Positions 7,770 through 15,496 of a DNA stretch of 32,000 nt are shown here, in pieces; the first letter of the stretch is position 1; the number at the start of each line of letters is the position of its first letter. The stretch spans positions 1 to 32,000 of the forward strand of contig NZ_LT963432.1 of the NCBI RefSeq assembly GCF_900199515.1. The letters run 5' to 3'. A program made the translations under genes and the position numbers. Below the pieces are notes generated by a model. It had not been told where the DNA came from. It saw only the letters and a list, made by a program, of their open reading frames with translations, and did no database searches. The stretch comes from Massilicoli timonensis. GTDB taxonomy: Bacteria > Bacillota_I > Bacilli_A > Erysipelotrichales > Erysipelotrichaceae.

Positions 7770-8277
7770 ATGGCAACTGATTGCGCACATTGACGATGGC
7801 ATCCCAAGTCGCTTTGCCGATCGTACCGTCGATTTTCAGATCATACAAATACTGAAACTGCTCTACCGTGATCCGCATCCGGTCATTGAAGTTTCCATCG
7901 ACTGCCAGCGGTCTTAAACAGCGATTGTCCTCCGCGATCTCATTGAGAAATTCCTGCATGCCGAATACGGATAATCCCTGATCCCCTGTCTTTAAGAAAT
8001 AAGTCGGACTGAATACCGGAATGTTCGTTACGACATTCAGACTTTTTAACGTCGCAAAGATCGCATCCCATGTATCTTTGCCGATTACCCCATCCGGCGT
8101 CATCTTCGCATAAAACTGAAACTCTCTGACCGCTTGCTGCGTCTTTGCCCCGTATTTTCCATCCGGCGTCAATTTGGTCATGATCATACCGCGTTCCTGA
8201 AACAAATTCAGATAAGCTTGGATCTTATTGACGGCGATGCCGACATCTCCCGGTTTGATCACATACTGTGTGTTCAT
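7768..8277 (-). CDS. tandem peptidoglycan-binding (PG_binding_1) domain protein, no catalytic domain
   Basis: Two copies of the PG_binding_1 pattern are present: GDxGxxVxxxQxxLN ... DGxxGxxTxxAVxxFQ ... DGxxGxxTWDAI. No signal peptide is visible. The ATG at 8277 has AAGGAG 7 nt upstream; the ORF track starts at GTG 8280. Confidence 0.8.
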   Translation of the reverse strand: MNTQYVIKPGDVGIAVNKIQAYLNLFQERGMIMTKLTPDGKYGAKTQQAVREFQFYAKMTPDGVIGKDTWDAIFATLKSLNVVTNIPVFSPTYFLKTGDQGLSVFGMQEFLNEIAEDNRCLRPLAVDGNFNDRMRITVEQFQYLYDLKIDGTIGKATWDAIVNVRNQLP

Positions 8278-8334
8278 CACATCACTCCTTTCGCTTTACT
8301 ATATGATAAAAGCGGGCAACTGGTTCATGCTCTT

Positions 8335-8370
8335 AAAAAGAAAAAACAGATGTCGCAGAAGACACCTGTT
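8335..8370 (-). terminator. rho-independent terminator
   Basis: The minus strand reads AACAGGTGTC-TTCTGC-GACATCTGTT (one mismatch) followed by TTTTCTTTTT. Confidence 0.6.
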
Positions 8371-8395
8371 ATGCACACCTTGATCCCCCTAACAT

Positions 8396-8986
8396 TTAGC
8401 CATATAAAATCGGCCGGTCAAACTCTTTCAACTCTTCCTCGATATAAGGAAGCAGCGCCTTGGTCTGCCGATCGTGAAAGCGATCCTTTAAGCGCCGGTA
8501 CAGCAGAAAATAGCCAAACAGAAACAACAAAACACTGAAAAGCGTATTGATCCATAAAGAAACCCCCAACTGCCAAACGATTAGCCATTCAACTACGCAG
8601 ATCACCCCGAGCAGCATCCATAAACGCGTTTGGATGAACCGATATGTTTGAGCCAAGAACGCCAATCGTTCTTTCAAAAAGGCGATGATTTCCTCATCCG
8701 GCTCCACCTCTTGAAATTTCAGAAAGCGCGGGCGTTTCCGATATTTATGCTTTATGCAGTCCAAGACCATAAAAATGCGCATGGCACAATAGCGCGATGC
8801 ATTGGAGTTTCCTTGCTTTTCATAGTATTTCCCCATCAGATACATGATCTTCACATAGCTGACGCTGTCTAACACCTCTTTGGGATGTGTCATCAGCTCC
8901 TTTAACGCTGCATGCTGTGTTTCCATTGCCGCATCATGGCGATCGTTCCATAATCGATCCAGTTCCCGATCAAATCGCTCATTCAT
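8396..8986 (-). CDS. hypothetical membrane protein (soluble helical N-domain plus two C-terminal TM helices)
   Basis: Hydrophobic stretches are LWMLLGVICVVEWLIVWQL and INTLFSVLLFLFGYFLLY. I prefer the ATG at 8986 (GGAG 6 nt upstream) over the GTG at 9007, because the -10 box at 9017-9022 would leave no leader for 9007. I recognise no family. Confidence 0.55.
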   Translation of the reverse strand: MNERFDRELDRLWNDRHDAAMETQHAALKELMTHPKEVLDSVSYVKIMYLMGKYYEKQGNSNASRYCAMRIFMVLDCIKHKYRKRPRFLKFQEVEPDEEIIAFLKERLAFLAQTYRFIQTRLWMLLGVICVVEWLIVWQLGVSLWINTLFSVLLFLFGYFLLYRRLKDRFHDRQTKALLPYIEEELKEFDRPILYG

Positions 8987-9016
8987 CTGTTGCTCCACGA
9001 TCCTCACCTCATCAGC

Positions 9017-9045
9017 ATTATAGCGAAAAAAACAGGGAAATACAA
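9017..9045 (-). promoter_or_regulatory. promoter (TTGTAT-17-TATAAT) embedded in the preceding terminator
   Basis: The -10 TATAAT is at 9017-9022 and the -35 TTGTAT at 9040-9045, with exactly 17 nt between them. Confidence 0.4.
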
Positions 9046-9058
9046 TCTTTTTCCCTGT
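9026..9058 (-). terminator. rho-independent terminator after amidohydrolase gene
   Basis: The minus strand reads ACAGGGAAA-(loop)-TTTCCCTGT followed by TTTTTTT. Confidence 0.7.
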
Positions 9059-9063
9059 TTGTC

Positions 9064-10227
9064 TTATTTTGTATAAACGATTTTGCCATCGATCATCGTC
9101 ATCATGATCACACCGCTTGTATCCAGTGGATCACCCTCTGTCATGACCAGATCCGCATCTTTCCCGACCCGCAAAGAACCGATGCGATCATCGACTCCTA
9201 AGATCTTTGCCGGGTTGATCGTAATCGCCTTCAGCGCCTCAAATGCATCCATGCCGCTTTTTCTAGCCAGCCCTGCGCAGATCGGCAAATATTCCTGCGG
9301 CACGACCGGAGAATCGGTATTGATGGCAACACACATACCTGCCTTGCTCAAGATCCCCGCTGTCGCAAACGTCAGATTCTTCAGTTCAAATTTCGTCTTA
9401 TGCGTAAGCGCCGGTCCGACGATCGCATCAAAGCCGCTGTCCACCACCTGTTTGATAATCAGATGCCCTTCCGTACAGTGATCCAGCGTCATATTCAGAT
9501 CAAATTCTTTCGCAATGCGAATAGAGGTCAAAATATCATCGGCACGATGCGCATGCGCTTTCAATGGGATCTCCTTACGAATGACCGGGATCATCGCCTC
9601 TAGTTTCATGTCAAAGGCCGGCAGTTTGCTTACATCATCACCTGCAGCTTCTTTTTTCGCCGCATACTCTTTTGTTTTGAACAGTGTTTCTCTTAACAGC
9701 GCCGCAGTATTCATGCGTGTCTTGATACGGTCTTTTTGCGCATACACCCGCTTTGGATTCTCTCCGAACGCACATTTCATCGCCGCCGGATATTTCACGA
9801 TCATTTCATCAATGCAGGTTCCATAAGTTTTATATACACAGAAAGTACCGCCGATCACATTGGCGCTCCCCGGTCCGCTGCACACAGTCGTTACCCCGCC
9901 GGCATATGCGTTTTGCAAGGTTTCATCCATCGGATTCAAAGCATCGATCGCCCGCATCTGCGGGGTGATCGGATCGCTCATCTCATTGACATCGTTGCCC
10001 TCAAAGCCAATGGCGGTTTCCTCCATCCCCAAATGACAATGGGCGTCGATAAAACCGGGATAAATATTCTTCCCGCTCGCATCGATGATCGTTGCATCGC
10101 CCGTTACCGCTAAATGCTTCCCCATTTCGATGATCTTCCCTGCATCGACCAGAATGTCCATCACTTCACATCCCGGTTTTTCCATCGTAAATACATTGCC
10201 GTTTTGAATCAGAATCATTTTCTTCAC
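9064..10227 (-). CDS. metal-dependent amidohydrolase family protein
   Basis: Amidohydrolase-fold markers are the HxH metal motif in PGFIDAHCHLGM, a later His/Asp set (AHAHRADD, DHCTEGH, NTDS) and a C-terminal GKDADLV. The GTG start overlaps the upstream stop (GTGA). An alternative ATG lies at 10218. Confidence 0.85.
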   Translation of the reverse strand: MKKMILIQNGNVFTMEKPGCEVMDILVDAGKIIEMGKHLAVTGDATIIDASGKNIYPGFIDAHCHLGMEETAIGFEGNDVNEMSDPITPQMRAIDALNPMDETLQNAYAGGVTTVCSGPGSANVIGGTFCVYKTYGTCIDEMIVKYPAAMKCAFGENPKRVYAQKDRIKTRMNTAALLRETLFKTKEYAAKKEAAGDDVSKLPAFDMKLEAMIPVIRKEIPLKAHAHRADDILTSIRIAKEFDLNMTLDHCTEGHLIIKQVVDSGFDAIVGPALTHKTKFELKNLTFATAGILSKAGMCVAINTDSPVVPQEYLPICAGLARKSGMDAFEALKAITINPAKILGVDDRIGSLRVGKDADLVMTEGDPLDTSGVIMMTMIDGKIVYTK

Positions 10228-11063
10228 GCTCCTTTTTCAAATCTGGTTCGATAAGCACAACGTTTACACAACGCTTCCGTAAGCTCCTGCCTTTGCTTGG
10301 CTTCCATCATCTGCCGATAACGATCGCTTGCCAAAAGATCCGTTAATCGGCTTTCAAACAGATTGCCGAAGCTGATATCGCCATTGCTGTCTAGGCAACA
10401 TGGCACCACGCTGCCATCACACAGCACAGCGATCATCATTTCCCCGCCCAGACAGCGCCCTTTTGCGGAAACAAACGGCGCCTGTAAGGAAGGCCATGTA
10501 AACTGTTCTTCTAAGCTTAAAAAGATCTGTTTGCCAAGTACGATACGCCTTTTCCCATAGTCAGTTGGATCAAGGTGATAATGCTTGGCCAGCACTTCCC
10601 ACATCTGATAGGAAGCGCGATCCATCTGCTGTTCACGCAAATTCCAAAAACGATACGATATGTAACTGGTTTTTGCCAAAACATCCGCCGCCTGCATCAC
10701 TTCCTGAAGATAAGCCAAAGCAGCTTCCTGATGCGGGAAACTGTGCAGCGAGATACTGATCTGTCTAGGCGGATATTTTTGAAGCAAAGTCAGACGTTTG
10801 GCAAGCAGGGTGCCGTTGGTCGTAAGCATGACCTGCATTTGCTGTTCTTTGCAGATTTTTAACAGCGCTTCCAGATGTGGATGCATCAGCGGTTCTCCCA
10901 GTACATGCAGATAAACATATTCACAATAGGGACGCACTTCCTGTATCACATGCGCAAACTCTGCGACGCTCATAAAGCGCGGTTCTCTTTGGTTGTGAAT
11001 ACAAAAATCGCAGTGCAGATTACATTGATTGGTAATTTCCACATAAACCCGTTTCCATTTCAT
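10224..11063 (-). CDS. radical SAM protein with SPASM/twitch-like C-terminal Cys cluster
   Basis: It carries the CxxxCxxC motif in EITNQCNLHCDFC, plus GEPLMHP and LTTNG. The C-terminal cysteines are in VLCDGSVVPCCLDSNGDISFGN...CKRCAY. The ATG at 11063 has GAGGAA 5 nt upstream. The ORF-track N-terminal extension to 11159 reads through the upstream terminator and is rejected. Confidence 0.85.
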   Translation of the reverse strand: MKWKRVYVEITNQCNLHCDFCIHNQREPRFMSVAEFAHVIQEVRPYCEYVYLHVLGEPLMHPHLEALLKICKEQQMQVMLTTNGTLLAKRLTLLQKYPPRQISISLHSFPHQEAALAYLQEVMQAADVLAKTSYISYRFWNLREQQMDRASYQMWEVLAKHYHLDPTDYGKRRIVLGKQIFLSLEEQFTWPSLQAPFVSAKGRCLGGEMMIAVLCDGSVVPCCLDSNGDISFGNLFESRLTDLLASDRYRQMMEAKQRQELTEALCKRCAYRTRFEKGA

Positions 11064-11087
11064 CGCCGTTCCTCTTTTCTTATGGAA

Positions 11088-11116
11088 AGTATAGCGCATT
11101 TTTGCCTTTCTCACAA
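11088..11116 (-). promoter_or_regulatory. candidate promoter of the rSAM-amidohydrolase operon
   Basis: The minus strand reads TTGTGA (11111-11116), 17 nt, then TATACT (11088-11093), in the context GCGCTATACT. Confidence 0.35.
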
Positions 11117-11140
11117 TCAAAAAAGAAAAGCAGATGAAAC

Positions 11141-11163
11141 AAAAAGGGCATGTTTCCACGCCC
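11141..11163 (-). terminator. probable terminator after alcohol dehydrogenase gene
   Basis: The minus strand reads GGGCGT-GGAAAC-ATGCCC (6 bp including one G-U pair) followed by TTTTT. It begins directly after the TAA stop. Confidence 0.45.
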
Positions 11164-12324
11164 TTATAATGCCGCCCGATAAATCTTTAAGATATCTTCC
11201 TTGCTTAACGCCACATATGGATTTTTCATCAGCTTGGCCGCATGCTCCGCCATCGCTTCCAAATGTTCTTCACCGACCCCTGCTTCTTTTAAGGTAGAAA
11301 CAAGTCCTAAAGAACGGAAGAAAGCCGCCAGCGCATCAATGCCGCGATGAGCAATTTCCATCTTCGGCAGCGTGCGGTCGATGCCAAACACCTCAACCCC
11401 GAATGAAACAAAGCGGTCTAAGGTTTCTTCACTTAAGATATAGCGCATCCAGTGCGGGGTCAAGATCGCTAAACCAAGACCATGTGTCATATCATAATAG
11501 GCGCTTAATTCATGCTCCATCGGATGACAGCTCCAACCGTTTCCTTTTCCATATTTCAACAGATTGTTGATCGCCCATGATCCGGCCCACATCAAATTGG
11601 CACGCGCCGTATAATTTTTAGGCTCGGCAACGGCAATCGGTCCATATTTCACACAGGTCTTTAAGATGCCTTCCGCAAACGTATCAGTCAGATCATTGCC
11701 CGTTTCTTTCTGAAAATAAGATTCGATCGTATGACTCATGATGTCCGCCGTACCGGCAGCGGTCTGAAACGGGGATACGCTGTACGTATAGGTAGGATCC
11801 ATAAACGCATATTTCGGCGCCATGCCGGGATTCGCCACCCCCAGCTTTTCCATTGTTTCCGGATTGGAAATGACCGCGCCGGCATCCATTTCACTGCCGG
11901 TTGCCGCTAAAGTCAAGACGGCGATCACCGGAAGCACGCTTTCTATCTTCGTCTTATCCTTAACCAGTTCCCAAGCGTCATATGCACTATTTGCCCCGGC
12001 TGCGATGACCTTCGCACAGTCGATCGAGCTGCCGCCGCCAACTGCCAGCACCACATCGATCTGCTCTTTTTTACATAACGCGATCCCTCGCCGCACCGTT
12101 TCGATACGAGGATTCGGTTCAACACCACCGCATTCTGCCCAAAACAAGCCGGCTTCTTTCAAACATGCCGTAACCCTGTCATAAATACCGGTACGTTTGA
12201 TGCTGCCGCCGCCATATACGAGCAAGACCCGTTTACCATACTCCTTTAGCGCCTCGCCAAGATGTTTGATCTCGCCTTCGCCGAAATAAACCTTGGTCGG
12301 AATATCATATAAAAAATTCAACAT
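11164..12324 (-). CDS. iron-containing (group III) alcohol dehydrogenase, butanol-dehydrogenase-like
   Basis: Fe-ADH motifs are present: GGGSSIDCAK and the His cluster HTIESY...HPMEHELSAYYDMTHGLGLA. The ATG at 12324 has GGGAGGAT 7 nt upstream. The ORF-track start at 12399 would overlap the ATPase gene. Confidence 0.9.
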   Translation of the reverse strand: MLNFLYDIPTKVYFGEGEIKHLGEALKEYGKRVLLVYGGGSIKRTGIYDRVTACLKEAGLFWAECGGVEPNPRIETVRRGIALCKKEQIDVVLAVGGGSSIDCAKVIAAGANSAYDAWELVKDKTKIESVLPVIAVLTLAATGSEMDAGAVISNPETMEKLGVANPGMAPKYAFMDPTYTYSVSPFQTAAGTADIMSHTIESYFQKETGNDLTDTFAEGILKTCVKYGPIAVAEPKNYTARANLMWAGSWAINNLLKYGKGNGWSCHPMEHELSAYYDMTHGLGLAILTPHWMRYILSEETLDRFVSFGVEVFGIDRTLPKMEIAHRGIDALAAFFRSLGLVSTLKEAGVGEEHLEAMAEHAAKLMKNPYVALSKEDILKIYRAAL

Positions 12325-12350
12325 CGTATCATCCTCCCTGCTGTTTCTTT

Positions 12351-12360
12351 CATTATAGCA
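12351..12360 (-). promoter_or_regulatory. extended -10 promoter element (TGCTATAATG) for the alcohol dehydrogenase gene
   Basis: The minus strand reads GTGcTATAATG, 27 nt upstream of the ATG at 12324. It sits in the 46-nt gap after the ATPase stop. Confidence 0.45.
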
Positions 12361-12370
12361 CTGTTTTGCT

Positions 12371-14923
12371 TTAACGTGCAGCCCATTTACTGATTTCATT
12401 CACAGCGATCACTAGTAAAGAAGCAAGCATGACGACGATCCATTCATTCATCTCTAACAGCACTGTCTTTAACAGCATGCGCAGCGCTGGAATCAACACT
12501 GTACAGACCTGCAAGGCAATGCCGAAGCATACGGTAAGCAGCAGCCAGCGGTTTTTGGCGATCCCTACTTCCCAGATGGAATGGGTAAAGGAAGTGAGGT
12601 TCATCGCATGAAACAACTGTGAGATCGAAAGCACCATAAATGCCATCGTCTGTGCACATAAAAGACTGCGATTCATGCCATAGCGAAATGCCACCAGCGT
12701 CATCGTGCCGATCAGCATGCCGTTTAATACCGTAAACAGTCCCCCTCCATGTGCGAATAAACTTTCCTTTGGATGACGAGGCGCCTCTTCCATCACGAAG
12801 CGATCTAACGGATCGACCCCCAAAGCAAGCGCCGGCAGCGCATCGGTTACCATATTGACCCATAAGATCTGGATCGCACATAAAACCGCTGTTCCTCTTG
12901 GCATAAGCAATACCGATAAGAACAATGCCATGATCTCGCCTAAATTACAGCTCAGTAAATAAAGCACCGCTTTACGGATATTGGCGTAGATGGTACGTCC
13001 TTCTTCCACCGCCCTTACGATCAAAGAAAAATTATCATCGCTCAGGATCAGATCGCTTGCCTGTTTGCAGACATCACTGCCCTTTCCCATCGCAATGCCG
13101 ATATCGGCCTTTTTTACCGAAGGAGCGTCATTGACCCCATCACCGCTCATCGCCACGACTTCACCACGCTTCTGCAGCTGTTCTACGATGCGCACTTTAT
13201 GCGCCGGGGTTACTCTGGCAAACACCCGGAAGCGATCGATCTGCTGTGCAAACGCCGCATCATCCATTTCATCGAGCATACTGCCGCTGCATACCTCTTC
13301 TTCCTTTTCCGCAATCTTTAACTTACGGGCGATTGCCAACGCGGTAAGGGGATGATCACCGGTAATCATACGTACGGAAATACCGGCTTTATGACAAAGT
13401 GCGATCGCCTCTTTCGCTTCTTTTCGCGGTGGATCGATCATAGCGACCAATCCGATAAAGATCATATGCTGCTCCGGCATCTGCCCGTCCTTCTTCATTG
13501 CCACCGCAATGGTGCGATAGGCTTGTTTCCCCATAGTTTCCATCGCCTGCATGATCTGTTTGCGATCCATTTCCTGAAGTGATACGATCCCATTTTCTTT
13601 CTCAATATGCGTACAGCGCTTTAAGATCTGTTCGACCGCACCTTTGGTAAAGGAAATGATCTCTCCCTGATGACGATAGACACTTGTCATCATCTTGCGA
13701 GCAGAGTCAAACGCAATCGTATCGACAAGCGTATACATTTTAGAAAGAGATCGTTTGTCATAGCCTTTGGATCGCGCATATTCCACCAGCGCTGTTTCAG
13801 TCGGCTCACCGATCAACTGTTCATCCTGTATATGTACTTCATTGCAAAGCGCCAGTCCCAGTAAAAGATGAGTGCTGGTGCTTCCAAATGCCGAAGCACA
13901 ATAAGTTTCTTCTACCCGCATCTGATTTTGGGTAAGTGTGCCGGTCTTATCCGAACAGATGACGCTGACGGAACCAAGCGTTTCCACAGCGTGCAGTTTC
14001 CGCACGATGGCATGATGCCGCGACATCCGCTGCATTCCTAACGCCAATACGATCGTTACCACTGCCGGCAAGCCCTCCGGGATCGCCGCTACCGCCAAAG
14101 AGATCGAAAGCATCAGCATATCTAACAATTCCGCTTTTCGCAACACACCGACAAGAAACATCAACAAACAGATTGCCAAAGCACCGATGCCAAGCAGTTT
14201 TGATAACTGTGCCAAACGCTTCTGCAAAGGTGTCTTTTCTTCTTTGGTATCACGCAAGATCGCCGCCACTTTGCCGACTTCACTGTCCATGCCACACGCC
14301 ACTACCACGCCAAGTGCGCTTCCATACGTAACAAAGGTAGACATAAACACCATATTTTTCTGTTCTTGCAGTTCCACCGGCTTTTCACAATACCATTCAT
14401 GTGATTTCTCCACCGCTTCACTTTCTCCAGTCAATAGGCTTTCTTCCACTTTCAGATTACGGCTTTCGATCAGTCTTAAATCCGCAGGGACACGATTTCC
14501 CGCCTCTAATAACACAATATCGCCGACCACCAGTTCTCGCGCTTCTACCTCATGGATCAAGCCATCCCGCTTTACAAAAGCTTTCGGTCTTGTGAGCTCC
14601 TGCAGAGCCTCCATCGCCTGTTCTGCTTTATATTCCTGTATGACGCCGATCAGCGCATTCACGATCACCACTGCCACGATCATCGCTACATCTAAATACT
14701 CTTTCATAAACAAAGATAATACCGCTGCCGCAAGCAGGATCAATACCATCGGTTCTAACAATTGTTCGATGAACAACTGCACCATAGTCGGCTTTTTCTT
14801 GCTTTCCAATTCATTTGTCCCGTTTTGACGAAGCCGTTTCGCCGCTTCATACGCACTTAATCCCGTTGCGACATTGACCTTGCATTCCCGCAGCACTTCA
14901 TAAGTATTTTTCATTTTATCCAT
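12371..14923 (-). CDS. P-type cation-transporting ATPase, Ca2+ (type IIA/SERCA-like)
   Basis: Diagnostic motifs: TGES, the M4 motif PEGLPAVVT, the phosphorylation site CSDKTGTLT, TGDHPLTA and GDGVNDAPS. About 10 TM segments are present. AGGAGGAAG lies before the ATG. Confidence 0.9.
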   Translation of the reverse strand: MDKMKNTYEVLRECKVNVATGLSAYEAAKRLRQNGTNELESKKKPTMVQLFIEQLLEPMVLILLAAAVLSLFMKEYLDVAMIVAVVIVNALIGVIQEYKAEQAMEALQELTRPKAFVKRDGLIHEVEARELVVGDIVLLEAGNRVPADLRLIESRNLKVEESLLTGESEAVEKSHEWYCEKPVELQEQKNMVFMSTFVTYGSALGVVVACGMDSEVGKVAAILRDTKEEKTPLQKRLAQLSKLLGIGALAICLLMFLVGVLRKAELLDMLMLSISLAVAAIPEGLPAVVTIVLALGMQRMSRHHAIVRKLHAVETLGSVSVICSDKTGTLTQNQMRVEETYCASAFGSTSTHLLLGLALCNEVHIQDEQLIGEPTETALVEYARSKGYDKRSLSKMYTLVDTIAFDSARKMMTSVYRHQGEIISFTKGAVEQILKRCTHIEKENGIVSLQEMDRKQIMQAMETMGKQAYRTIAVAMKKDGQMPEQHMIFIGLVAMIDPPRKEAKEAIALCHKAGISVRMITGDHPLTALAIARKLKIAEKEEEVCSGSMLDEMDDAAFAQQIDRFRVFARVTPAHKVRIVEQLQKRGEVVAMSGDGVNDAPSVKKADIGIAMGKGSDVCKQASDLILSDDNFSLIVRAVEEGRTIYANIRKAVLYLLSCNLGEIMALFLSVLLMPRGTAVLCAIQILWVNMVTDALPALALGVDPLDRFVMEEAPRHPKESLFAHGGGLFTVLNGMLIGTMTLVAFRYGMNRSLLCAQTMAFMVLSISQLFHAMNLTSFTHSIWEVGIAKNRWLLLTVCFGIALQVCTVLIPALRMLLKTVLLEMNEWIVVMLASLLVIAVNEISKWAAR

Positions 14924-14951
14924 ACCGCTTCCTCCTGCTAATCAATTTATG

Positions 14952-14982
14952 ACGATCCATCTCTTTGCATGAACGATCCATC
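14952..14982 (-). promoter_or_regulatory. two 10-bp direct repeats (GATGGATCGT) 21 bp apart upstream of the ATPase gene
   Basis: The minus strand reads GATGGATCGT-tcatgcaaaga-GATGGATCGT (14973-14982 and 14952-14961). The repeats lie 30-60 nt upstream of the ATG at 14923, between the terminator and the SD. Confidence 0.35.
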
Positions 14983-15013
14983 AAAACAAGACCACGCTCG
15001 ACACAGCTTGCAC

Positions 15014-15043
15014 AAAAAAAGAAGAAAGCCGTTCACTTTCTTC
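15014..15043 (-). terminator. rho-independent terminator ending the ftsA-ftsZ-orf149 unit
   Basis: The minus strand reads GAAGAAAG-TGAACGG-CTTTCTTC (8 bp perfect) followed by TTTTTTT. It begins directly after the TAG stop. Confidence 0.7.
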
Positions 15044-15493
15044 CTAATGCCAATTCTTTTTCTTATTTCCCCCTTTTTCATCGGCCAGATCAACGATCAT
15101 ATGCTCTAACTCATCTTTGATCGTCGTGATCATATATGTCAAAGGACTCGTACCGACAAACAGATAGATCAGCTCATGCTGTTTTGCATCCGTATCGATC
15201 AAGTAAGCACAGCCTGCCTGCGCATCATACACATGCCAAGCTGTCCATAACTGAAACGGTGTCACGATGACATCGGCAGCTTGCAGCGCTTCTTTATCCG
15301 CCACATAACAAACCGCATTCCACTCCTTTATTTCATCACGAAAGGCAGCCAGCAGGGTACGATCAGCTTGATCACCGCTGATACAGACACATTCGACACA
15401 CTGCCGCCGGCAAAGCCGCACCAAGCGCATCCGCATTTCAAACGCGTGCATATCCTCCTGAAACAAAGAAGCAGGCACATAACAAAGTTTCAT
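15044..15493 (-). CDS. hypothetical Cys-rich cytosolic protein, tightly coupled to ftsZ
   Basis: The 149-aa ORF has its ATG 3 nt after the ftsZ TAA (TAATTCATG). A strong terminator follows its stop immediately. No TM helix or signal peptide is visible, it contains the cluster CRRQCVECVC, and I recognise no family. Confidence 0.6.
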   Translation of the reverse strand: MKLCYVPASLFQEDMHAFEMRMRLVRLCRRQCVECVCISGDQADRTLLAAFRDEIKEWNAVCYVADKEALQAADVIVTPFQLWTAWHVYDAQAGCAYLIDTDAKQHELIYLFVGTSPLTYMITTIKDELEHMIVDLADEKGGNKKKNWH

Positions 15494-15496
15494 GAA

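Noticed and set aside
11064-11163. RiPP precursor upstream of the radical SAM gene
   Set aside because: The 100-bp gap is filled by a terminator and a promoter. The only ATG-initiated reading (MRYTFHKKRGTA) is in frame with the rSAM gene itself and lacks an SD.
14187-14828. 213-aa plus-strand ORF antisense to the P-type ATPase, and similar ones at 6935-7423, 12990-13355, 16089-16472 and 30819-31292
   Set aside because: They are S/T/A-rich mirror frames of strongly supported genes, with no ribosome-binding sites and no recognisable motifs.
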